From contig PS015403.1 in NCBI GenBank assembly GCA_048213135.1, forward strand, positions 3,459-39,445: 35,987 nucleotides of DNA, in the 5' to 3' direction. The notes beneath the pieces are model-generated. The model ran no database searches, was not told where the DNA came from, and saw only the letters and a list, made by a program, of their open reading frames with translations. Shown here piece after piece: positions 11,557-23,385 of the stretch. The stretch's first letter is position 1. Every line of letters begins with the position of its first letter. Source of the stretch: Reclinomonas americana ATCC 50394 (taxonomy: Eukaryota). The translations under genes were made by a program, and so were the position numbers.

Positions 11557-12252
11557 TCCAACTCGCAGCGTTGTGATCGATATCGAGATTGCCGGAAGGT
11601 TTACATATCGCAACAGAGTCGGTGAGCAGGCGCTGATAGCGGACTGGCTGTGTATCTGCGTTTTGCGGCGTGTGCACGAATTCAAAGCTGCGGAGGGGCA
11701 CCCGCAGGCGAGAACATCGGAAAGCCTTAGAGATATCGCAGCGCGATAGATCGGCGATCGTCGTCATCGCGGTCGCGGAATCAGAAGCAACCCCGGCGCT
11801 CTGAATTCGGCAGTGGGTGTCGGAGCTCAAGGCCACAATGAATGAGTGCCTAAGAGGTGCGAGAAGCTTGCCGCGAAATCGCACGCGCAGCGCTGCTGTG
11901 CACCGTGTTCGGATTTGATTATGATATGGCGAATTCGGATTAGCTGCCTCAATGCTCGCCAGCCCTGGATTCTGCCAGAAAGCAGTCTTCATGTGCTCAT
12001 GTGCTATCCTCTGACCTGCACGCAGAGACATGCGTATGCAGATCGCAGTGATCGATATCGATATCGTTATTTTACAGTATCCGATTGCGTATGCAATCGC
12101 AACGCAGACTCCTGAATTCGTTGCTGCCGGTGCGGAACGCTCGAAGCATCGAAGAGCCCACCTGTATACCGCGGACAATTCCGGCCAACTCGCGATGTAT
12201 TTGGAATCTATTTGTCACATAACACATTGAATCCAACCTTGGAGAGCGAGCG

Positions 12253-12399
12253 ATGTCGTTGAGATCCTCCCCAACAGTGGCCATTATCGGCGCCGGTGCC
12301 GCCGGCTTGTACGCCGCACAGCTGCTGCGTCGCCAATCCTCTATCCGCCTTGTGGGCGTCTTCGAAGCCGCCGATCGTGCCGGCGGTCGCGTCCGCGCA
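12253..12399 (+). CDS. First exon of a flavin amine oxidase (FAD-binding Rossmann motif); probably the start of the 8894-10253 gene on a flipped contig
   Basis: MSLRSSPTVAIIGAGAAGLYAAQLL...VFEAADRAGGRVRA (GxGxxG plus the E..GGR motif), followed by donor GTTGCA at 12400. Confidence 0.8.
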
Positions 12400-12456
12400 G
12401 TTGCATTCCTTCATCCATCCTGCATCTGCGCATCTTGCTCATGGAATGATGCGCAT

Positions 12457-12507
<51 letters not shown>

Positions 12508-12754
12508 NNNNNNNNNNNNNNNNNNNNNNNNNNNNNNNNNNNNNNNNNNNNNNNNNNNNNNNNNNNNNNNNNNNNNNNNNNNNNNNNNNNNNNNNNNNNN
12601 NNNNNNNNNNNNNNNNNNNNNNNNNNNNNNNNNNNNNNNNNNNNNNNNNNNNNNNNNNNNNNNNNNNNNNNNNNNNNNNNNNNNNNNNNNNNNNNNNNNN
12701 NNNNNNNNNNNNNNNNNNNNNNNNNNNNNNNNNNNNNNNNNNNNNNNNNNNNNN

Positions 12755-14832
12755 ACTACTGGCAGCCCGGCTGGAGTTCGGGTTCTCTCCTCGCCAGTGG
12801 CTTTTGTGCCAGCTGTGGCCCGACTTGTCCACCGGGCGTATGCGAGCGTCCCTCAATCGTCTGGACCACCATCACCTGGAGCAACTGCTGCGTTCATTGC
12901 TGGAGTTTGCGCGGAACTGTGACCCAGAACGGCAGCGGATGCCAGTGGCCGTCGATGAGGCCCAAGTGTGGATGCATACACTTCCGAACACATTTCCTTC
13001 GCATGCGCGACAAGATTCCGTTACGTCACATTGTTTTGCTTGTTTGCCGCTTTGTTGCCGATTTCTTTGCTGAATGGCACACCTTGCGTATGATTGCTGC
13101 AGGCCCCGCCTATGCGTGGATTGCTATCACCATTTGTACGGTTTTTGTGCCGACACAAATTCGTCAATGTCATGGTGGCCGGAACTGCCTTGTCACTGCG
13201 TGACGAAGCGCAGTTGGCGTCGACTGTGGCTAAAATAGCGGACGTTGGTCGCCTTGGGCAGCATCTTCGCCCGCTGACGCTCCTGGACGCGCGTGCTCTG
13301 TTCGCGCGATTCGGTGCGGAAAACCTGAGCGGTGAAGAGCTTGACGTGTTGCGGCCGATCATTGGTGCGTTGCATGCGATCGTGAACTGCATTGATACGG
13401 AGTCTTGTCTCTTAATGCACAGTTACAGGCCGCCCTCGATACTGTATGCGGATTCTTAGGCGCCTCTACCTTCACAAAACGCCGGTGGCATCGCGCAAGG
13501 ACGTGCTCGTGCAAGCTGTGCAGTGGATCGTGAGTCGAGAACTCTCCGGGCACTCTACGTCACTGTTCAAGTTAATCTCACGGACATTGCGTGGCGGCGA
13601 ATGCGGAATATCTGCAGTTGCTTTTCTCCTGTTGCTTTTTCTCTTGTCGGTGACTGATCGTTGCTCATCCGTCACACTGGGTCATGCAGTACTGCAAGAA
13701 AATGCTCGAGGGCTGGCGCACAAATACACCGGTGACCATCGACCCCAGGCAAGCGTTTGATGCAGTCGCTTCTGGCGTGTGCTACTTGGTGCACAGCACA
13801 CAAGACATGCAAGACATGGATGTCGATGTTTCTGAGGACGAGGACTGTGTGCAGGCTCGGATCGTCGAGGTGTGTACTGTGGTTGAATCTCTACGAGTCC
13901 CTGGGTTCTTGTCTTCTCACTGACTGTCTTGCAGCCATTGGCCTTCGTCTGCTTCCTGCGAGCGGTTCACCAGGAATTTGGAGCTGATGGACTGTCGCTG
14001 CCGAGAATGACTCTTGGCGATGCCTCCACCGGCTCTTCCAACGGCCGTCTTCTGGAGGAAGCTTGTGTGACCAATCTGGCTGTGCAAGCCAGCTTTGGCA
14101 AAGCTGGCTTACGTCTCTCAGACATCGTCGAGAGCGCTGTGGAGCCAAGGTCTCTGTCTACGTTTGTGTTGGGTGTTCATCGAGTGTTTCCTCTAATCGA
14201 TCGTCTTGCATTGTTGCAGTGCTGCCGAGAGCCTCGTGCTTCCCGACTTTGTGCACGAAGCAGCAGCATTGCAGCTGTGGCATCTGTTGGATCACGAAGC
14301 GTCGTTTGATATCAAGGTCAATGTTGATATGGAGCACGTGCTGCCGCTCCCACCGGCCGTGTTCAGACTTCAGCTTGCCCGTGCGCCTGACAACTTTCGA
14401 GGGCCAGACATCTTTGTCACGTTTGTGACACGCGGCGGCCGATACGTGCTGCTGTGCGTCTCGTGCAAGCAGACAACCCGCAGCAGTGAGCCACTGTCTG
14501 GCGACGATGTCGTCAGGTCGCTGGGCACGACGCATCGGACGAACCCGTTCCTGCGTCGCTGTCTGGCCGATCCGGATCGAGTGGCCGGTCTTGTTCGTGT
14601 CCACATTGGACTGCCGACGCATGCGCCTCTCCGCCAGCGTCCGGTCACGGAAGCAGCCGAACTCTTCGAGAGCGCGAAGCGTACTCGTGGCAGTTACCGA
14701 CTGCGATCGGGAGTCATTGTTGTTCGGTCCGAGTGGGAAGAGGACCGTGACGGCGTGCTTGCGCCGCCGGAGGTCGTGGTGAATATCGACTGCAGCAATG
14801 CCCGCCGCAGTCTCTTCTTGTCCCTGCAGTAG
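12755..14832 (+). CDS. CR/Crinkler-like NTPase-REase gene, copy 1, body (Walker B to stop)
   Basis: PVAVDEAQ (Walker B), VMVAGTALSL, IIGRPRY, IVEPLA, PDNFRGPDIFVTF...LLCVSCK (PD-(D/E)xK-like). Stop TAG at 14830-14832. Confidence 0.7.
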
Positions 14833-14869
14833 AACAACAGTGGGTGTCTGTTGGCCAAGAATGAATGCA

Positions 14870-14957
14870 CGCTATCAGCGCCTGCTCACCGACTCTGTTG
14901 CGATATGTAAACCTTCCGGCAATCTCGATATCGATCACAACGCTGCGAGTTGGGACG
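14870..14957 (+). promoter_or_regulatory. Conserved ~85-bp upstream element (promoter/5'UTR) of array copies 1-3
   Basis: CGCTATCAGCGCCTGCTCACCGACTCTGTTGCGATATGTAAACCTTCCGGCAATCTCGATATCGATCACAACGCTGCGAGTTGG is repeated at ~19701-19784 and, reverse-complemented, at ~11558-11641. Confidence 0.55.
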
Positions 14958-17900
14958 ATGGACGACGACGACACCGGCGATTCATCCTCCGAGTTCGAGC
15001 AACAACGAAAGCGAGTGTCCAACCGGGCCTCGTCGTCGGGTTCCAGCGGCCGCTCACTCGGGTTGCCTGTCTTGACCGCGCCGGACAAGGAATGGACCGA
15101 CGACCTGCTGCATCGCACTTTCTTGGTCAATGCTCTTCGTGACCATCTTGNNNNNNNNNNNNNNNNNNNNNNNNNNNNNNNNNNNNNNNNNNNNNNNNNN
15201 NNNNNNNNNNNNNNNNNNNNNNNNNNNNNNNNNNNNNNNNNNNNNNNNNNNNNNNNNNNNNNNNNNNNNNNNNNNNNNNNNNNNNNNNNNNNNNNNNNNN
15301 NNNNNNNNNNNNNNNNNNNNNNNNNNNNNNNNNNNNNNNNNNNNNNNNNNNNNNNNNNNNNNNNNNNNNNNNNNNNNNNNNNNNNNNNNNNNNNNNNNNN
15401 NNNNNNNNNNNNNNNNNNNNNNNNNNNNNNNNNNNNNNNNNNNNNNNNNNNNNNNNNNNNNNNNNNNNNNNNNNNNNNNNNNNNNNNNNNNNNNNNNNNN
15501 NNNNNNNNNNNNNNNNNNNNNNNNNNNNNNNNNNNNNNNNNNNNNNNNNNNNNNNNNNNNNNNNNNNNNNNNNNNNNNNNNNNNNNNNNNNNNNNNNNNN
15601 NNNNNNNNNNNNNNNNNNNNNNNNNNNNNNNNNNNNNNNNNNNNNNNNNNNNNNNNNNNNNNNNNNNNNNNNNNNNNNNNNNNNNNNNNNNNNNNNNNNN
15701 NNNNNNNNNNNNNNNNNNNNNNNNNNNNNNNNNNNNNNNNNNNNNNNNNNNNNNNNNNNNNNNNNNNNNNNNNNNNNNNNNNNNNNNNNNNNNNNNNNNN
15801 NNNNNNNNNNNNNNNNNNNNNNNNNNNNNNNNNNNNNNNNNNNNNNNNNNNNNNNNNNNNNNNNNNNNNNNNNNNNNNNNNNNNNNNNNNNNNNNNNNNN
15901 NNNNNNNNNNNNNNCCGCTGCTGTGTGGCCGCCGCTGGAGCTGGCTCCGCCAACGTGAGTCTCGGCAGGTCGCTTCACGCCTCTCATTGCCTTCATCGAC
16001 ACATTTGACAAAGGAGTGAGAAGGAATGCGCAAGGAGATGATGATGACAAGAAGTCACACAAAGATACACGCACGTTCTCTGCGTCTCTCCCTCTCTCTC
16101 TCTCTCTCTCTCGCACACACATACACACACATACACACCCAACACTCACCTTTCCCTGTTTGGCGTCCTTTGTGTAAACATCGTCGCGCCACTTCAACAA
16201 CCTCTTGATGGCCACTGCCTTGCTCGTCTTCTCGAAGGACTCAGCCGGGAACAGCTGCGNNNNNNNNNNNNNNNNNNNNNNNNNNNNNNNNNNNNNNNNN
16301 NNNNNNNNNNNNNNNNNNNNNNNNNNNNNNNNNNNNNNNNNNNNNNNNNNNNNNNNNNNNNNNNNNNNNNNNNNNNNNNNNNNNNNNNNNNNNNNNNNNN
16401 NNNNNNNNNNNNNNNNNNNNNNNNNNNNNNNNNNNNNNNNNNNNNNNNNNNNNNNNNNNNNNNNNNNNNNNNNNNNNNNNNNNNNNNNNNNNNNNNNNNN
16501 NNNNNNNNNNNNNNNNNNNNNNNNNNNNNNNNNNNNNNNNNNNNNNNNNNNNNNNNNNNNNNNNNNNNNNNNNNNNNNNNNNNNNNNNNNNNNNNNNNNN
16601 NNNNNNNNNNNNNNNNNNNNNNNNNNNNNNNNNNNNNNNNNNNNNATGCTGGTGACTCGCCGCCACTGCAACGTCGCAAGAGTGGAGGTGAGAGAGACTT
16701 GTGGCGGTGCGTGCAGTCGACACACATCCCTCTCATCGTCTGCTTAATCAGGTTGGCATCGCTCCCCCGACAACACCGATGAAGACGACGGCGACGCAGA
16801 GACAGAACTCATTGTGTTGGTGACGGCTGATGGCCGTCTGCCACCGCAACAATCCAGCCCCCCTCGAATGTCGTCGCTCGATCCGCCGTTTGCACCCGGC
16901 CAGATGGTGCCATTCGGCGAGTACACCGAATGGTTGATCATGTCGTCGGCACTCACGCCCGCCGAAAAGGAAGATCGCGCGCGCAAGTATGATGCAGCCC
17001 TTCAACTCACTGGTGAGTATTTGCGCTGCTGCTTTTCGATTCGTGAGCCTGAAGGTGCTCACCCGTGGTCCGTCTGTCGTTGTTGTTGTTGTTGTTGTTT
17101 GTGTGCACAGGCGTCGACATCCCTGCGGACGTCATTCTCAACGTGCGGCACACTCTCAACATGCCCAGACAGAAGCGCGTGGGCGTTGCTGCCGCCAACC
17201 CGTCCACAGGCGTATCTGGATTGCCAGTCGTGCTACCAGCTGGTGAGGTGGATCTGCGGTTCATCCGCGGTCACCTGGGCGATGAAAGCGGTCAATCGGA
17301 TGCCGTTTGCGAGTTCTTGCGTCTCTCGGCCGACAAGACTCTGTTCACCCTCGTCAACGTCTTCGGTACGGGCAAGACCAAGTGCCTGTTCGACATCCTG
17401 TCAGTCCGGTGGGGTCTGTACCTCGACTGCAACCGCCCGGAGACGGGTGGCCATGCCGATTTGGCCGCCATCTTTAACAGCGTCTGGTGGCGAAAGACGG
17501 AGAAGGCCTCTCCCGATGAGTTGGAGGCAGTGTTGCAGCACGAGGTTCTCAAGCTGCTTGTTGCTCGTATCATGCAGCTGCTGGCCGCTCGGCTGGAGTT
17601 CGGGTTCTCTCCTCGCCAGTGGCTGTTGTTCCAGCTTTCGTCCGACTTTTCCACAAGCCGCATTCGAGTGCCCCTCAATCATCTGGACCACCATCACCTG
17701 GAGCAACTGCTCGAGTCGCTGCTTGCGCTCGCCTGTGAGTGTGATCCAGAACGGCAGCGGATGCCAGTGGCCGTCGATGAGGCCCAAGTGTGGATGCATG
17801 CACTTTCGAACACATTTCCTTCGCATGCACGACACGATTCCGTTGCGTCACATTATTTTGCCTGTTTGCCGCTTAGTTGTCAGTCTTTTCTGAATGACAT

Positions 17901-19663
17901 GCTTTTGCGCATGATTGCTACTCTGCAGGGCGCGCCGATGCACGGACTGTTATTGTCGTTCCTTCGAGTTTTGTGCAACAACGACGTTTTCAATGTCATC
18001 GTCAGCGGAACTGCCTTGTCACTACGTGACGAAGCGCAGTTGGCGTCAGCTGTGGCGAATATAAAAGACATTGGCCACCTTGGTCAGCACCTCCACCCGG
18101 TGACGCTCCATGATGTGTGTGCTCTGTTTGCGCGATTCGGTGCCGGAGACCTCAACGACGACGAAAAGGATGCGTTGCGGCCGATCATTGGTGCGTTCTA
18201 TGCGAGCTGTGTTGATGCACTTTTCATTTGATTAACTCGCAATCGCAGGACGTCCTTTGTACTGCACGCGAGTGCTGGAGCGTCTCTGCCTTCACAACTC
18301 GCCGGTGGCATCGCGCAAGGACGTGCTCGTGCATGCTGTGCAGTGGATCGTAACTCGAGAGCAATCCAAGCACCCTCCGTCACTGTTCAAGTGGATTTCG
18401 GGGATGTTGCGCCACGGCGGGCCGGGCACGTCTGCAGTTAATCAATCTTTCATTGCTTTTCCATTTATCGGTGACTGATCGTCGCTCATCCGTCACACTG
18501 GGTCATGCAGTACTGCAAGAAAATGCTCGAGGGCTGGCGCACAAATACACCGGTGACCATCGACTCCAGACAAGCGTTTGACGCAGTCACTTCTGGCGTG
18601 TGCTACTTGGTGCGCAGCACACAAGAAACGCAAGACATGGATGTCGATGTTTCCGAGGACGAGGACTGTGTGCAGGCTCGGATCGTCGAGGTGCACGCGT
18701 GTTGTGGTTGAATCTCTACGAGTCCCTTGGTTCATTTCTTCTCACTGACCATATGCATCTTGCAGCCGCTGGCACTTGTCTGCTTCATGCGAGCGGTTCA
18801 CCAGGTATTTGGAGCTGATGGACTGTCGCTGCCGAGAATGACACTTGGCGAGGCCTCCACCGGCTCTTCCAACGGCCGCCTTCTGGAGGAAGCTTGTGTG
18901 ACCAATCTGGCTGTGCAAGCCAGCTTTGGCAAGGCTGGCTTACGTCTCTTGGATATCGTCGTGAGCGCGGCGGAACCAAGGTCTCTGTCTGTGTTTGTGT
19001 TGGGTGTTCATCGAGTGTTTCCTCTAATCGATCGTCTTGCATTGTTGCAGTGCTGCCGAGAGCCTCGTGCTTCCCGACTTTGTGCACGAAGCAGCAGCAT
19101 TGCAGCCGTGGCATCTGTTGGATCCCACAGCTTCGTTTGATATCAAGGTCAATGTTGATATGGAGCACGTGCTGCCGCTCCCACCAGCCGTGTTCAGACT
19201 TCAGCTTTCCCGTGCACCTGACAACTTTCGCGGGCCGGACATCTTTGTCACGTTTGTGACACGCGACGGCCGATATGTGCTGCTGTGCGTCTCGTGCAAG
19301 CAGACAACCCGCAGCAGTGAGCCACTGTCTGGCGACGATGTCGTCAAGTCGCTGAGCACGACGCATCGGACGAACCCGTTCCTGCGTCGCTGTCTGGCCG
19401 ATCCGGATCGAGTGGCTGGCCTTGTTCGTGTCCACATTGGACTGCCGACGCATGCGCCTCTCCGCCAGCGTCCGGTCACGGAAGCAGCCGAACTCTTCGA
19501 GAGCGCGAAGCGTACTCGTGGCAGTTACCGGCTGCGATCGGGAGTCATTGTTGTTCGGTCCGAGTGGGAGGAGGACCGTGACGGCGTGCTTGCACCACCG
19601 GAGGTCGTGGTGAATATCGACTGCAGCAATGCCCGCCGCAGTCTCTTCTTGTCGCTGCAGTAG
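14958..19663 (+). CDS. CR/Crinkler-like NTPase-REase gene, copy 2 (~956 aa; complete if contig 15915-16259 is reverse-complemented)
   Basis: Walker A LVNVFGTGKT..LF..L...WGLYLDC, Walker B VAVDEAQ, VIVSGTALSL, IIGRP, IVEPLA, GPDIF..CVSCK. Nine hand-spliced exons total 2871 nt in frame. Confidence 0.72.
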
Positions 19664-19788
19664 ATCAACAGTGGGTGTCTGTTGGCCAGGAATGAATGCA
19701 CGCTATCAGCGCCTGCTCACCGACTCTGTTGCGATATGTAAACCTTCCGGCAATCTCGATATCGATCACAACGCTGCGAGTTGGGACG

Positions 19789-22700
19789 ATGGACGACGAC
19801 GACACCGGCGATTCATCTTCCGAGTTCGAGCAACAACGAAAGCGAGTGTCCAACCGGGCCTCGTCGTCGGGTTCCAGCGGGCGCTCACTCGGGTTGCCTG
19901 GCTTGACCGCGCCGGACAAGGAATGGACCGACGACCTGCTGCATCGCACTTTCACGATCAACGCTCTTCGTGACCATCTTANNNNNNNNNNNNNNNNNNN
20001 NNNNNNNNNNNNNNNNNNNNNNNNNNNNNNNNNNNNTGCATGATGCGAGCAACAAGCAGCTTGAGAACCTCATACTGCAACAATGCTTCGAGCTCATTGG
20101 GTGTGGCCTTCTCCGTCTTTCGGCGCTCCACCAGGTCCACGACCTCGGCCAGATCGCCGTCGCCGCCATACCCCTCCTCAGGTGCGTTGCAGTCGAGGTA
20201 CAGGCCCCACCGGACTGACAGGATGTCGAACAGACACTTGGTCTTGCCCGCACCGGAGACGTTGACGAGGGTGAACAGAGTCTTGTTGGCGGAGAGACGC
20301 AAGAACTGGCGAACGGCATCCGATTGACCTCCTTCGTCGCCCAAGTGACCGCGGATGAACCGCAGATCCACCTCACGAGCGGGCAGCATAACTGGTAATC
20401 CAGATACGCCCGTGTACGGGTTGGTGGCAGTAACGCCAACGTTCATCCTCTGCCTGGCATCATGAACAGTTTGCCGAGCTCCGAGAACGACATTGGCAGG
20501 GATGTCGACGCCTGTACACACACACACACACACACGCACACACACACACACACACACACAAGAGAGGAGAGAGAGGGAGGGAGAGGGAGAGAGAGAAAGA
20601 GAGCAACAACAACATCAAGCAGCAGTCAGGTCCGCAGGTGAGACTGGAAGCTGAGGAGTCACACACACTCGCCATAGTCGAGATGCAGCACTCTTCGGAA
20701 CTCGCGCGCGCGATCTTCCTTTTCGGCGGGCGTGAGTGCCGAANNNNNNNNNNNNNNNNNNNNGCTGCTGGCCGCTCGGCTGGAGTTCGGGTTGTCTCCT
20801 CGCCAGTGGCTGTTGTGCCAGCTGTGGCCCGACTTGTCCACCAGGCGTATGCGAGCGTCCCTCAATCGTCTGGACCACCATCACCTGGAGCAACTGCTGC
20901 GTTCATTGCTGGAGTTTGCGCGGAACTGTGACCCAGAACGGCAGCGGATGCCAGTGGCCGTCGATGAGGCCCAAGTGTGGATGCATACACTTCCGAACAC
21001 ATTTCCTTCGCATGCGCGACAAGATTCCGTTACGTCACATTGTTTTGCTTGTTTGCCGCTTTGTTGCCGATTTCTTTGCTGAATGGCACACCTTGCGTAT
21101 GATTGCTGCAGGCCCCGCCTATGCGTGGATTGCTATCACCATTCGTACGGTTTTTGTGCCGACACAAATTCGTCAATGTTATGGTGGCCGGAACTGCCTT
21201 GTCACTGCGTGACGAAGCGCAGTTGGCGTCGACTGTGGCTAAAATAGAGGACGTTGGTCGCCTTGGACAGCATCTTCGCCCGCTGACGCTCCTGGACGCG
21301 CGTGCTCTGTTCGCGCGATTCGGTGCGGAAAACCTGAGCGGTGAAGAGCTTGACGTGTTGCGGCCGATCATTGGTGCGTTGCATGCGATCGTGAACTGCA
21401 TTGATACGGAGTCTTGTCTCTTAATGCACAGTTACAGGCCGCCCTCGATACTGTATGCGGATTCTTAGGCGCCTCTACCTTCACAAAACGCCGGTGGCAT
21501 CGCGCAAGGACGTGCTCGTGCAAGCTGTGCAGTGGATCGTGAGTCGAGAACTCTCCGGGCACTCTACGTCACTGTTCAAGTTAATCTCACGAACATTGCG
21601 TGGCGGAGAATGCGGAATATCTGCAGTTGCTTTTCTCCTGTTGCTTTTTCTCTTGTCGGTGACTGATCGTCGCTCATCCGTCACACTGGGTCACGCAGTA
21701 CTGCAAGAAAATGCTCGAGGGCTGGCGCACAAATACACCGGTGACCATCGACCCCAGGCAAGCGTTTGATGCAGTCGCTTCTGGCGTGTGCTACTTGGTG
21801 CACAGCACACAAGACATGCAAGACATGGATGTCGATGTTTCTGAGGACGAGGACTGTGTGCAGGCTCGGATCGTCGAGGTGCACGCGTGTTGTGGTTGAA
21901 TCTCTACGAGTCCCTGGGTTCTTGTCTTCTCACTGACTGTCTTGCAGCCATTGGCCTTCGTCTGCTTCCTGCGAGCGGTTCACCAGGAATTTGGAGCTGA
22001 TGGACTGTCGCTGCCGAGAATGACACTTGACGAGGCCTCCACCGACTCTTCCAACGGCCGCCTTCTGGAGGAAGCTTGTGTGACCAATCTGGCTGTGCAA
22101 GCCAGTCTTGCCGAGGGTGGCTTGCGTCTTTCAGACATCGTCGAGAGCGCGGCGGAACCAAGGTCTCTGTCTGTGTTTGTGTATGGGTGTTCATCGAGTG
22201 TTGTTCTGATCGATCGTCTTGCATTGCTGCAGTGCTGCCGAGTGCCTCGTGCTTCCCGACTTTGTGCACGAAGCAGCAGCATTGCAGCTGTGGCATTTGT
22301 TGGATTCCGCAGCTTCGTTTGATATCAAGGCCGACATGGATGTTGAGCGCGTGCTGCCGCTCCCACCGGCCGTGTTCAGACTTCAGCTTTCCCGTGCACC
22401 TGACGACTTCCACGGGCCAGACATCTTTGTCACGTTTGTGACACGCGGCGGCCGATATGTGCTGCTGTGCATCTCGTGCAAGCAGACGACCCGCAGCAGT
22501 GAGCCACTCTCTGGCGACGATGTCGTCAGGTCGCTGGGCACGACGCATCGGACGAACCCATTCCTGCGTCGCTGTCTGGCCGATCCGGATCGAGTGGCCG
22601 GCCTTGTTCGTGTCCACATTGGACTGCCGACGCATGCGCCTCTCCGCCAGCGTCCGGTCACGGAAGCAGCCGAACTCTTCGAGAGCGCGAAGCGTACGCG

Positions 22701-22854
22701 TGGCAGTTACCGGCTGCGATCGGGAGTCATTGTTGTTCGGTCCGAGTGGGAGGAGGACCGTGACGGCGTGCTTGCACCACCGGAGGTCGTGGTGAATATC
22801 GACTGTAGCAATGCCCGCCGCAGTCTGTTCTTCCAGCTGCAGCGTGATTCGTAG
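19789..22854 (+). CDS. CR/Crinkler-like NTPase-REase gene, copy 3 (Walker A exon on flipped contig 20037-20743; part of the N-terminus missing)
   Basis: LVNVSGAGKT on the - strand at ~20270-20240. Body 20764-22854 carries the same motifs and ends SLFFQLQRDS*. Confidence 0.7.
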
Positions 22855-23067
22855 TAGATGGTTGTTGACCAAGAATGAATGCATGCTGCAAATTATGTGC
22901 AGTCAGCTCTCCGTTAACGTTGCAAGTCAAGCAACCAGTCCGCAACTCTGAACTCTTAATCGCTGTTGCTCTTCAGATGTCGCGATCGTCGAGTCTCGCT
23001 CAAAGTCGACCCAATCGACATCGACCGAAAAGTTCGTTTTTTGCAAGTGTCAGCGGGCGTCACCACG

Positions 23068-23385
23068 ATGGACCTCGATGACACCGACGATTCTTTTTCC
23101 GGGCGAGAAAACAGAACAACTCGTGACGCGCGAGTTCCCAACCAGGCCTCGTCGTCGGGTTCCAGAGGGCGCCCACGCAAGTTAGACGTCATGAACATGC
23201 CAGAGGAGGAGTGGACCGAGGCCCTGTTGAAGAACACTTACAAAGTCGCTGCTCTTCGTGACCGTCTGGCGAAGCTGTTCCCGGGCGAGTCCTTCAAGAA
23301 GACGAAGGAAGCGGATGCGATCACGCGGCTACTGAAGTGGCGCGATGAGGAGTGGCAGATCAAGTTGCAACATGAGGATGCACAG
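23068..23385 (+). CDS. CR/Crinkler-like gene, copy 4, first exon (diverged; remainder in gap)
   Basis: MDLDDTDDS...PEEEWTEALLKNTYKVAALRDRLAKLFPGESFKKTKEADAITRLLKWRD, then GC donor at 23386. The intron end at 23501-23520 matches the copy-1 intron end. Confidence 0.7.

Noticed and set aside
8894-12399. Trans-spliced or scrambled amine oxidase gene with exons on opposite strands
   Set aside because: More simply explained by a flipped gap-flanked contig; two other flipped contigs rejoin to the exact base.
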